This document shows, piece by piece, positions 1 through 11,200 of a DNA stretch of 64,000 bases. Origin of the DNA: Macrostomum lignano (Eukaryota); the NCBI GenBank assembly GCA_002269645.1, contig NIVC01001713.1, forward strand, positions 62,001 to 126,000, read 5' to 3'. Both the position numbers and the translations under genes were made by a program. A model generated the notes under the pieces. That model was not told the origin of the DNA. It saw nothing but the letters and a program-made list of their open reading frames with translations, and did not search any database. Position 1 is the stretch's first letter; every line of letters starts with the position of its first letter.

Positions 1-223
1 TAAACCGCAACTTGGCTCGGAACTGATTTTCTCAATTTGTAAATTGAATTCCTGCGCTCCTAGCTATTTGTCCTATTTGTTATTTATCTGCCAGCCAACT
101 TGTTCATACTCCTGTATATATTTATCCACTATCCTGTATATATTTTGCTCACCATCATAATTATTTTCCCTTATTGCTTCAACTGAGAACTCTGCCCAAC
201 CGGCTATTACGGAGGACATCGTA

Positions 224-915
224 ATGTTGGAAGGAACTGCACCTCAGGAGCCGCCCGCTCTGCAAGCGCCCGAGCTTCAAGCGACCCTGCAGCGCGCCCA
301 TGGCTTCGCCCTGATGAGGCGGCCAAGCTGCGAGTTTGGAATTCCGCCACGGCCGGCGCAACACCGGCGCGCCTACGCTTGCGCAAAGTTTTATTCGACG
401 CTTTTGACCTCGCCGCCTAGAAGGGGCGGGTACAAATTGATGCCCCCTGGCGCCGGCTCTGTGTCCTAATGCCTCCGGCGGCGACGAAAGACTTACTGGA
501 CAAGCAGTTAACACGGGCCGAGGAACTGTTCCGCCTGAGACCAACCCAATTCCGCCCAGCCCTGGCTCTACTTCTGGCATTGGCCTATTTTGAAGCTGGC
601 CACCTAGAAGGCGGCTGGTTTCCGCGCCTACGAGCTTTCTGGGACTGTGCGATAGAGAAATACCCTGAGCGCCTCCACATCGTCGACAGTCACGTACAAA
701 TATATGGCTGGCCCCGGCGGCCAGCTCAGCTAGCGACCGGCCCAGAACGGCGAGGAACGCCAACCCCGAGCATCCTACTTGAGGAGACCACCCGGCCAAT
801 CGAGGCGGCCGAGCTGCCGGACGCGGACGCCGCGGTGGCCAAGGAAGCAGCGGCTGCTGCTAACTCTGCGCAACCCTCCGGCCACCCTGCGCATGTGGCA
901 GTCGAGTGCCACTGA
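224..915 (+). other. Two abutting GC-rich ORFs of unknown function (81 aa and 148 aa), probably part of a repeat element
   Basis: ORFs 224-469 and 469-915 overlap by one base (TAATG). Composition is coding-like. I recognise no domain. They lie upstream of the unclassified repeat at 1548-1918. Confidence 0.3.
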
Positions 916-1547
916 TGAACACTTAATCAAGCAATTACGCAAAGTTGCATGCCCAAGAAACATTAATTTTTTATCCATCCAGTGAATTTCTGGCGCATCT
1001 TTTTTCCGTCAAGAGGCCGTCCAGCCACTGTTTTAGTTTCCACTGGGTGCTAAAATGCGCTCCCTTGCGGTGGATTTTGTTAAAATTTTTCTCCCTTTTC
1101 CTTTGTGGCAAGCCGTCCACCCAAAGTTTCCACGCTTTGAAACTTTGCTCCATCGGCCTGTCCAATTTAACTTCCAAACGTTGTGCATGCAATTCTCTCT
1201 TTATTTATAATCTGCGCATGATGAGTGGTTTCTAACCTTTCTCCCCCACCCTTCCCCTTTTGGTTTTCGACCCCCTATTTTCCTTAATCTAATTTTCATT
1301 TTTTAAGTTTATTTAGCGCACTGGCGCCCGTGAACATCTCAGTCATCTAAAAATCAATATTACTAATCATAAGCCTGCATTATTCTTAATAAACCAAGCC
1401 CATAAACCATTATTCCGAATCATATTTAATCTGCTGACATAAGCCATAGCATTTATTGAGTCATTTGCCCGTGGGGCGTAAAATAACCAAGTTCTCATCT
1501 CAAAGAAAGCTCTGAGACTTATCCGTTCCATAATACGTAAATTGCGG

Positions 1548-1918
1548 TGGTGGCAGCAACTACCCTACTGAAAGTAACCAGTTCAACACATCGACGCATT
1601 AATTTACAGAGCCAGAAATCTCCGGTGTTTCATTCCTTTGAATGACCCGAGCCGCTAAACGACCGCTCTGCTACGATTACGACTACCCTCCCCCCGGACT
1701 TGAGAACCCGGCAGTCGGAGAAAAGGAGAAGAAATTCCGTTGTGATTCATCTGCGCGATTTTTCCGGTTTTATTCGTGCGAACGCAACGCCACCGGTTTC
1801 GAAGAATTTCGGCCGACCTTCAACCCAGGAGTTTAAATCTTCTCCACCCCCACCTCACTGGTGTCAACAAATTTTCAAAACTCAGAACTTCCAAAAAATT
1901 CTTCTCCACCCCACCTCA
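1548..1918 (+). repeat. Unclassified dispersed repeat, copy A (starts with TGGTGGCAGC, ends ...CCCCACCTCA)
   Basis: Aligns by eye with the reverse complement of 46530-46801 plus 41782-41827. Shared blocks include cggtggtggcagc..ctacYctactgaaagtaaYcagt, actaccctcccc, tctgcgcgatt and ccccacctca. Confidence 0.6.
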
Positions 1919-3983
1919 ATATATATTACAAAGGGTTAAAAATAAAAATAGCAAATAGTACCATATATAGATATATGCAAACCTTTTTGGAAATAACAAA
2001 AGTAATTGATTTTGACATTTTAAAGTCAGCTGGAATTATACTTAGCAATTGTCAAAAGTTCTATGTTTTCAACTCATATGTAGCTAGAAAGATAAACTTA
2101 TTAAAATGCACAATATTTTATACAAATATTTTAACCTTAACATGTCAATGCAATTACTTTTTTTATTTTGCTAGACTAGGCCTACTATCAATAAAAACAC
2201 CTCTTAGCTGCAATAAGCCTTTTGGTATTAAGGTCTTTAGACTAGTTATTATAGATAAATGTCTAAGGAAATTATCAAAGCAATCCTTTAATTTTATATA
2301 TCCAACTATTTTATCAAAGGGCCAAATAGAGAGGCTTTGTAGGCTGGAGTTTGCTTACCTATGGCTTAAGCTAAAAAATCAAATTTGCAAAACTAAAGGA
2401 TTGCCATATCAAAATAATAGTACAATATTAAATTAACAAATATTATAAAACAAAAAAATGCTAAAGGGTCACTCTCTAAGGTATATAGGCTATATCAAAA
2501 GGTGACAAAGTATGCACCAAAGCCTAGGAAGCATTGCAACAATAAAGGATCCTTTCGTAATTGGATTAATAAAAGACCTTTTTTCCTTTTTGGTAGGCCT
2601 AGGCTTGAACCCTATTTTACATTGCTCTAACAATGGTACCATACTAATAAAACAGTACTACTACAAAGAGCATGCCAAAAAAACTTTGCCAACTTTTGAC
2701 ATTTATTAGGCCATTTGCATTCTATGTATAGGGTAGACCTATGGCCATTTTGAGTCTTTGACATTGATTCCAAGCATAGTCTCAAGTGTCAATGTCACAC
2801 TGTAGTTTGCATCGCGGCTGCACCAAGTGCTACCTTACAGAAAATGTGTTGTACTGCAGGGTCATTTTAAATATATGCCAGACAGGCATCCACCATTTAG
2901 CAACTTTTTCCAATAGGGCATAGGGTCTCAATAACAATAACAACTGCCATGCCATTAAAAATAGGTCCTAGGCTAATCTAGGCCCTAAGCCTAAGGCCTA
3001 ATCAATAAAATAACTATCTAGACTAACAAATGAAATAATAGAAATTTGGAATTGACAGGACAAAGAAAAAACAGTCAAAACACAAAGCTCAATTGTCCAT
3101 TTTTGTAGGGGCCTAACCAACCAAAACATTGGCATATGTTTGGTTGGGTTTGGTTGGTTGAACTTGATTGATACTGATAGTTAACCACAAAAATCCTAAA
3201 TTCCTAAACATAAAGGGTGACCCAGAAGTACCCAAAAATTACATAGCACAAACAATTAATTAAAGGCATAATCCTAGTTTCCTGTATTAAATTATTTTTA
3301 GTTAAAATCGACTCACTAAGTTAAAACAAGTTAGTCCATAGCAGTCAATAGTCCACTGAGCTCACTAAATGGCATAGGGCCTAATAATAGGCAACTCAGA
3401 AAAAGAAGTTGCCGAAGGTTGAAGGACTTTTCTAGTAAAGCTAGTAAAGTTTGTAGCATATCCTATCTTGTGTATTTGATTGCTATTTAAGAGGTATTGA
3501 CAGAAGTATTTTTTCCTGATCTCTTCAGTTTGTGGACATTCGGTCAAGTAGTGTAGAATATCAGAACCATTTCGCGCTCCACACATTTTACATGGTTCTT
3601 GAGAAAAAAAGTTGGGTGTAATCTCGCATTTCAGTTTTAGGAGGGTTGTTAAGAATTTTTTGTTCCTAAATGTACATGGAAAGAAATCTGAAAGGTCGGG
3701 CCTTTATTAGTCGTCTTTATTATTAGTTATTAGTCGAACTAGGAGTTATTTTAAAATGCAGTTAGAAAAACCTTGTTCTTAACAAATCTTAGGGGGGGGG
3801 GCACAGCCCAAGCCTAATAAATCAAAACCATCACTTCCAAATGTAATTTATTGACGTGTTAAAAAATGAATCTATTTGCCTTAAAGCCCTAAAGAGTACG
3901 AATTTTACTATTTTATTTTCGAATTGCTCAGTTCATGAAGTTAACGAGCTTGAAAAATGAAATTCAACTTTTTTTCTTCCCAC

Positions 3984-4468
3984 CATAGGCGTAAGAACGA
4001 GGGGGCCGGTGGGGCCATGCCCCCACTCTTTAAAATGGGGGTGGCAGTAAAGGTATCTGGCCCCTCCACATTTTAAATGTAAAATGCAGACTTTTTGCTT
4101 ATTTTTGGTTTTTAATTGCTGCTTTGCATGAATGCATTTTGCTGCAGGGCGACAAAACATAGCACCTGCAGCGCTAAAATGAGTGCCTGCAGCGCTAAAA
4201 TGAGTGCTTGCGGCGCTAAAATGAGTGCCTGCAGTTCTAAAATGAGTGCCTGCAGCGCTAAAATGAGTGCTTGCGGCGCTATAAAATGATTGCCTGCGTT
4301 TAGTGCTGACAAGACGGATTCTGAAAATAATCGGTACATGATAATGTGCCTAGCTTTTCCATCTAAAAAATCTAACTCGACGGGAGCATGCGCCCTGTGC
4401 ACCCCCCTCCTAAATCCGCCACTGAACCTGCCCCACCCCCCACTTTTTGAAACGTATCTACGCCTATG
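3984..4468. mobile_element. hAT-like MITE with internal 21-bp repeats
   Basis: TIR cataggcgta (3984-3993) / tacgcctatg (4459-4468). Flanks cttcccac / cttcccat form a 7/8 match to an 8-bp TSD. About 6 copies of gcgctaaaatgagtgcctgca inside. Confidence 0.8.
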
Positions 4469-5246
4469 CTTCCCATGCAGCTTTGAACAGCTAAAAAAAG
4501 CCTATAATAGCGCGTGGAAATATAGATATAGGGGCATATAAGGCGTCAGAATGTGGGGCAGTGGACCAGGGCCACCACTTTAAGCTACCTTTGATATATT
4601 TTCTTAACATAGGTTTAATTCATATTCAATTTTAGTATGCATCTATGGCTATAAAGGTTCATTTATATAGAACGGATCGAGGCCGGTAAAAAAGGATAGA
4701 TTGAAGAAACCATGGTGTGCTACCAGCTGCAGAGGAAAATTGTGCTAAAGAGACTGGGCAGAGGTAGAAAGTACCATGATCAGGACCCCAACGCATGTTT
4801 CGCCATCAGTTTTAGGAAGATCATTTTTAGTATATAGAAAGGGTCCGAATCTCGAACTACATGTAAAAAATATGTACGTATAGATTATTAGACTTGTCGC
4901 GTTCTCCCTTTTAAAGATCTAAGGAGCAGTATACAAATTATTCTATTGAAAGTAGTAAAGGGCAAGTTTGTATATTACCAGTCTAGAAATTTTCCTTGCA
5001 GCTTATTTGACAGAAGTCTCATCCAATCAAAGACAGGAAACTACTCGTAAAGAATTGAAATGAAAAACCGTTTAAAAGGTTCGAGTCTTTGAAAAAAAGA
5101 TTTTTTAACTCCTTGACTTGACCTAGCTAATAGCTTCGAAAATCTGTATCGAAGTTTTTATTTTAAAATCGCCACTTTAAGAGACAAGAGAACTTGCACG
5201 ATTTGCACGAATGACTCTAATCTCGTGTGGAACAACAATCGTACGA

Positions 5247-8200
5247 ATGGACATGGAAACTTCTCAACCGGTATGAGTACAACTAGCTGGCTTTTTTAAC
5301 TTTGTATACATGGAGATTGTAGCTGTTGATATGATTGAACTATGAACTATGATTGAGTGTTATAAACATAAAGCATCAGTCTTCAGATTAAATCCATCAA
5401 ACATCAATTCCTCTTTCGCCTCACCTTATTAGGATCGCGCAGTAACAAGCTACTGTCAGCGTCTCAACGCTGTGCTGAACGTGTCCACCGAGTCAGATCG
5501 TCAGTTGCTGCAGTCGATGCTAAATTTTCGCCACGCCTGTCCCGATAAATTCCGCGAACTAATTCGCGTTCACTTGTCATTTCTAGTCGATTTGCCGCAC
5601 TTTGATAGCGACTATAGTTGCGGCAGTGGCGGCGCCAGCAGCAGCAGTTGGAAGCGAAAGTGTTACCTGCACGGTCTGCTCAGATTTCCATCGCCGCTGC
5701 GATTACGGGAACGCAGCTCCGGTTGCAGTAAGTAGTGATGTGAATGTTAAATGTACCGGTAGTATATAATTTTCAGTGGCATTGCCATGAGTTTCTTCTA
5801 AAGGCAGGGGTGGGCAAACTCCGGCCCGCAAAGCCTCTATCCACAGACCATATAGAATATAGACTGCGAATCTCGGGGGCTTGCCCAGGCGCGTTGTGGG
5901 ACAAAAAAGCAACACAAAAAATGGTCCTTCCACAAAGGCCCAACTTCGATCGATATGTGGGACAAAAAATGGGCAAGTGCAAGTTTTCAAGCTTGAAATT
6001 TACTTATTATAAAGAGTTTAAAATCCCAGGGAGGCAAAATAAATGTAAATTAGATTTGAATTGAATTGATTGAATTGAATTGAATTTAATTGAAATTGAA
6101 TTTGATTTGAATTACAAGTTCCTTGCAAAAATATCCAGCAAAAAACCAATTAAAGCATTCTTATCCATGCAGCCTCAGCCAGCTTCTATAGTGTATCAAA
6201 AAGGAGAAAGCGCCAGAAAATGTGGCAACTATTGCTGTGCTCAGGGAGCTGAACAAGAAGCACCAGCGACTAAGGGCGCGGTCAAAGTCACTGACAGAAA
6301 TTGTGAAAGTGCTGTAGGCAAAGAGTGTTGTGGATGAAGCTGCAGCATCCCGTCTGCAGTTTCTGTCATCAAATTCATTGTTGAGCTGTCTAGTGCCAAC
6401 TAAAAACAAGAGGATAAAAAATTTCCTCCTGAAGTTCGGCGATTTGCTTCCACGTTGCACTATTACAGTCCTAAGGCATACGAATACGTGAGAAACTTTT
6501 TCCGGCTTCCGCGCATCCATCTTCTTTACGGAAATGGATCTCAAGTGTGTACGATGCCTTCCAGGATTCTGCGTCCAAGCATTCCAAGAACTATACGTAT
6601 TCTGCTGAACACCGAAACGATTATTCGCCGCTCCAGCTTTGATAGCTGCTTTTCAAGCTCAATCGCTGTTCAAGAGACTTTGAATTTGAATTTCACTTTG
6701 AATTTCAACCGCTATTCTCTGAATTAGATTCGCATTCAGCAGCTGTTAGCACAGGTATTGAGTCACACAAGCTGCAGCTGTAGCACAGGTATTGAGTCAC
6801 ACAAGCTGCAGCTGTAGCACAGGTATCGAGTCACACAAGCTGCAGCTGTTAGCACAGGTATTGAGTCACACAAGCTGCAGCTGTTAGCACAGGTATTGAG
6901 GCACACAAGCTGCAGCTGTTAGCACAGGTATTGAGGCACACAAGCTGCAGCTGTTAGCACAGGTATTGAGGCACACAAGCTGCAGCTGTAGCACAGGTAT
7001 CGAGTCACACAAGCTGCAGCTGTTAGCACGGGTATTGAGTCAAGAAAGTTATGAGCATTTTTTACATCAGAATTCGCATGAAGAAAATTGCGAAAGACAT
7101 GTCGCACTTATTAAGAAAGGCAGGAATGAGACAGAAGCTGCTGCGCACAGCAATTTTTCTTAATCTGAAAGCTTGGACTTTGGAAGACATTTCGGGGTAA
7201 TTTAATTTAATTTCATTACTTTTATGTATTTGGATTTCGTGGCGTTTTATGTAAAAAAGAAAAAATGTATCTCAATTGCATGTGTTCAATAGGAGCACAA
7301 TGGAAAAGAGGCCCGCCCTGTACCACATATCGATCGAGCTGGGGTGGGTGAGAGGGACCAGTTTCTTATGGGGGAAAATGGCCCACTTTTTTCTTCACTT
7401 TACTAGTCTATATTCTATATGGTCTGTGCCTCTATCCGGCCTTCGGGTCTTTGGACACTTTAGAATGGCAATCCGGCCCGCTAAAGGTTGTACTCCTCTT
7501 AGTAATCTCCTCTCCTGATCCTCATCTCCTCTCTCCTCTTCTCTATTTTCGCCTTTCCTCTCCCCTACTCTCTTCTCTCATCTTTTCTCCTTTCTTCTCA
7601 CTCATCTCTTCTCTCATAGCCTCTCATCTCGCCTCTCACCTCTCCTCTTTTCTGTCATCTCTCATCTGCTCTTTCTTCTCTCTCTCCCATCCCCTCTCCT
7701 TTCCACTCCTGCCTGATCGCAGTCATGAGCTGGATTGTTTATCTGGTCCTAGAAGTAAAAAATTTGCGGACCCCCCCCCTGTTTAAAAGGGGTAAGGGGG
7801 GAAGGGGGTCATGAGCCATGACCAGGAGTCAGCGCCTGCAGTGCGCCACTGCATCCATAGTCGATGCCATGTGTAACATTGCCAGGGCAAGCGGCGATAG
7901 TCCAGTCCCAGTTCCCAATCAGCAGTCCATGCGCTAAAAGAAACATTTTAGCGCCGTACGTAGCGTATTCGGCCCATGTTTTGAAACTATAAAAAGAAGG
8001 GCTTCAAGGTAGTATAAATAGTTAAATGCCTGAGACGTTATAACTGTACAGGGGCTGAATATTTAGTTAGTTTGAACTGAATGCACTCTACAGTCTCTAA
8101 GATCATGCTGTTGCGTGGGCTGCAGATAGAACAACCAGGAAGAAAACAAGTTTTGGGGGTCACGTTAGGACACGTTTTACCTATATACTACGGGCTGCTC

Positions 8201-11200
8201 TGTTAGTAAACACTGCAATGCGATATTGGAATTGGTTTTATTTATGGTCATCGGGGTTGCCCCGGCTGTCTGCTCCATTTGCAGACAAACAAGACTATGG
8301 AACAATTACTAGAGCTATGAGAGCTGTAAAATATATTGCTAGGACGAGCCGCGCAAAAAGGCGGGACGCAGGAGGCTAAGGAGCACTCGATTGAGGATAG
8401 GGAAGAAATCCCCCATATAGAAGAAAGAAAATGTCATTCATTGTTGAAGTTTAATGCGCCTCTGTCTGGGGATGGAACTGAAGCCCCTGTCTGTGACTGT
8501 GACCTGGGGCTCCACAGGGCTTGCCAATGATTATTCCTCACACAAGGGCGCCTGCCTGCCTGATCGAAAGCGCGACTCCTGTGGCGGCGGCAGGTGTTTC
8601 TTTAAAAAAATTCCCAGGAGGGCCCGGGCCGCACGGTCGCGCCGCCACCCCACTCAATGCCTGCAGGATGAAGGCGGTAAACTAGGTCGGTGCATGGTGT
8701 GGCAAACAGGAACAAGCCAGCATGAGATGGATGGTGGGTGGGCTGTAGATTCAGCTGTCTTCAATCTGTCTTGTTGCTCTCTGCAGTTCTGCATCTGCAC
8801 GCATTCAGTCCGCACATTCCAATACTAACTGCCCATCAATAATATTCTATTCCCTTTCCACGAAATTTCAGGCATATCGGAGCGCGCCAGACCCGGTGAC
8901 CCCGCTGGGCAAGGGAAACAGCAGTCGCAGCATCAGCATCTCTGCCAAGCTGGTTTTAATAAAATCTCGCATTTGATTAGATTTTTAACTGAGAATGATC
9001 GTAAGTCATTATGTGTTTATTATGTTCCGTATGTCCGAGCCGCCCTCGTTAAAGTGCTTTTAATGGAGTCTTGGACAGTCGTAAAAATATTTGTCTGTCT
9101 GGACTGATAAGAAATATCCTATTGCGCGGTTGGTTGGCGTTAAAACAGTTAAATTGTCAGTTAAAAGGCTGGCGGCGCTGACTAGCTATCTGATGGGACT
9201 TTCCCACGGGGTTGAGCCAGCTTACTTCACACCCTCCGAGAGCTATAATATAAAATCAGCCGAAAAGGGGTGGAAGCTATTAGCACCCTTCGACGATCCC
9301 AATTCTGACTGGCCGTTTTAAACCGTAGCTAATAATAAGACTGCTAAATAATAAATGTTTACATTTTACTATCCTTATCTGGTGCACTCAAGGATGCGTA
9401 CATAGTGTTATACTCTAGCCGAAACTATAATCATATTTTGCACCTATAATCATTCATCTGCAAAAGCCAAATTTATCTTTTTGATTTTTTAGTTCTTTTG
9501 AGTCTTTGAGTCTGTTATGAGTTTTGAGTCTTTGAGTTAGTCCAATTTGAAGCTATATAATACAATAGATCAAATTGATACAATGGACGGTGGGGACAGT
9601 GGGGCCATGGCCTCCACTTTTTAAAATGCGGGGAGGCCAGTAATGGTATCTGGCCCCTTCACATTTTAAAGGTAAAATGTAGACTTGTTTATTTTTGGTT
9701 TTTGCTGCTTTAAATGAATGCATTTTGCAGAAGGGCGACAAAACATAGCGCCTGCAGCGCCAAAATAAGTGCCTACAGCGCTAAAATGAGTGCCTGCAGC
9801 GCCAAAATAAGTGTTGCAGCGCTAAAATGAGTGCCTGTGGCGCTAAAATGAGTGCCTGCGGCGCTAAAATGAGTGCCTGCGGCGCTAAAATGAGTGCCTG
9901 TGGCGCTAAAATGAGTGCCTGTGGCGCCAAAATGAGTGCCTGCAGCGCTAAAATGAGTGCCTGTGGCGCTAAAATGAGTGCCTGCAGCGCTAAAAATGAG
10001 TGCCTGCAGTGCTAAAAATGAGTGCCTGTAGCGCTAAAAATGAGTGCCTGCAGCGCTAAAAATGAGTGCATGTGGCGCTAAAATGAGTGCCTGTGGCGCT
10101 AAAATGAGTGCCTGTGGCGCTAAAATGAGTGCCTGCGGCGCTAAAATGAGTGCCTGTGGCGCTAAAATGAGTGCCTGCGGCGCTAAAATGAGTGCCTGTG
10201 GCGCTAAAATGAGTGCCTGTGGCGCTAAAATGAGTGCCTGCAGCGCCAAAATAAGTGTTGCAGCGCTAAAATGAGTGCCTGTGGCGCTAAAATGAGTGCC
10301 TGCGGCGCTAAAATGAGTGCCTGCGGCGCTAAAATGAGTGCCTGTGGCGCTAAAATGAGTGCCTGTGGCGCCAAAATGAGTGCCTGCAGCGCTAAAATGA
10401 GTGCCTGTGGCGCTAAAATGAGTGCCTGCAGCGCTAAAATGAGTGCCTGCAGTGCTAAAAATGAGTGCCTGTAGCGCTAAAAATGAGTGCCTGCGGCGCT
10501 AAAATGAGTGCATGTGGCTCTAAAATGAGTGCCTGCGGCGCTAAAATGAGTGCCTGTGGCGCTAAAATGAGTGCCTGTGGCGCTAAAATGAGTGCCTGCG
10601 GCGCTAAAATGAGTGCCTGTGGCGCTAAAATGAGTGCCTGCGGCGCTAAAATGAGTGCCTGTGGCGCTAAAATGAGTGCCTGTAGCGCTAAAAATGAGTG
10701 CCTGCAGCGCTAAAAATGAGTGCATGTGGCGCTAAAATGAGTGCCTGCGGCGCTAAAATGAGTGCCTGTGGCGCTAAAATGAGTGCCTGCGGCGCTAAAA
10801 TGAGTGCCTGTGGCGCTAAAATGAGTGCCTGTGGCGCTAAAATGAGTGCCTGTGGCGCTAAAATGAGTGCCTGCGGCGCTAAAATGAGTGCCTGTGGCGC
10901 TAAAATGAGTGCCTGTGGCGCTAAAATGAGTGCCTGCAGCGCCAAAATAAGTGTTGCAGCGCTAAAATGAGTGCCTGTGGCGCTAAAATGAGTGCCTGCG
11001 GCGCTAAAATGAGTGCCTGTGGCGCTAAAATGAGTGCCTGTAGCGCTAAAAATGAGTGCCTGCAGCGCTAAAAATGAGTGCATGTGGCGCTAAAATGAGT
11101 GCCTGCGGCGCTAAAATGAGTGCCTGTGGCGCTAAAATGAGTGCCTGCGGCGCTAAAATGAGTGCCTGTGGCGCTAAAATGAGTGCCTGTGGCGCTAAAA

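Larger units (their letters stand above)
5842..7428 (+). mobile_element. Internally deleted P-element (THAP9-type) DNA transposon
   Basis: Perfect 24-bp TIR cacagaccatatagaatatagact (5842-5865 / 7405-7428). Perfect 8-bp TSD cctctatc (5834-5841 / 7429-7436). Sub-terminal inverted tcgatcgatatgtgg. Transposase remnants inside. Confidence 0.9.
5805..7498. mobile_element. Degenerate hAT/Charlie-type MITE interrupted by the P element
   Basis: Starts caggggtgggcaaactccggcccgc (typical hAT MITE end) and continues after the P-element TSD at 7437. The right end is degenerate. Confidence 0.5.

Noticed and set aside
1861-2709. AT-rich 191-aa and 65-aa ORFs
   Set aside because: Low-complexity AT-rich sequence with no motif or splice context; likely chance.
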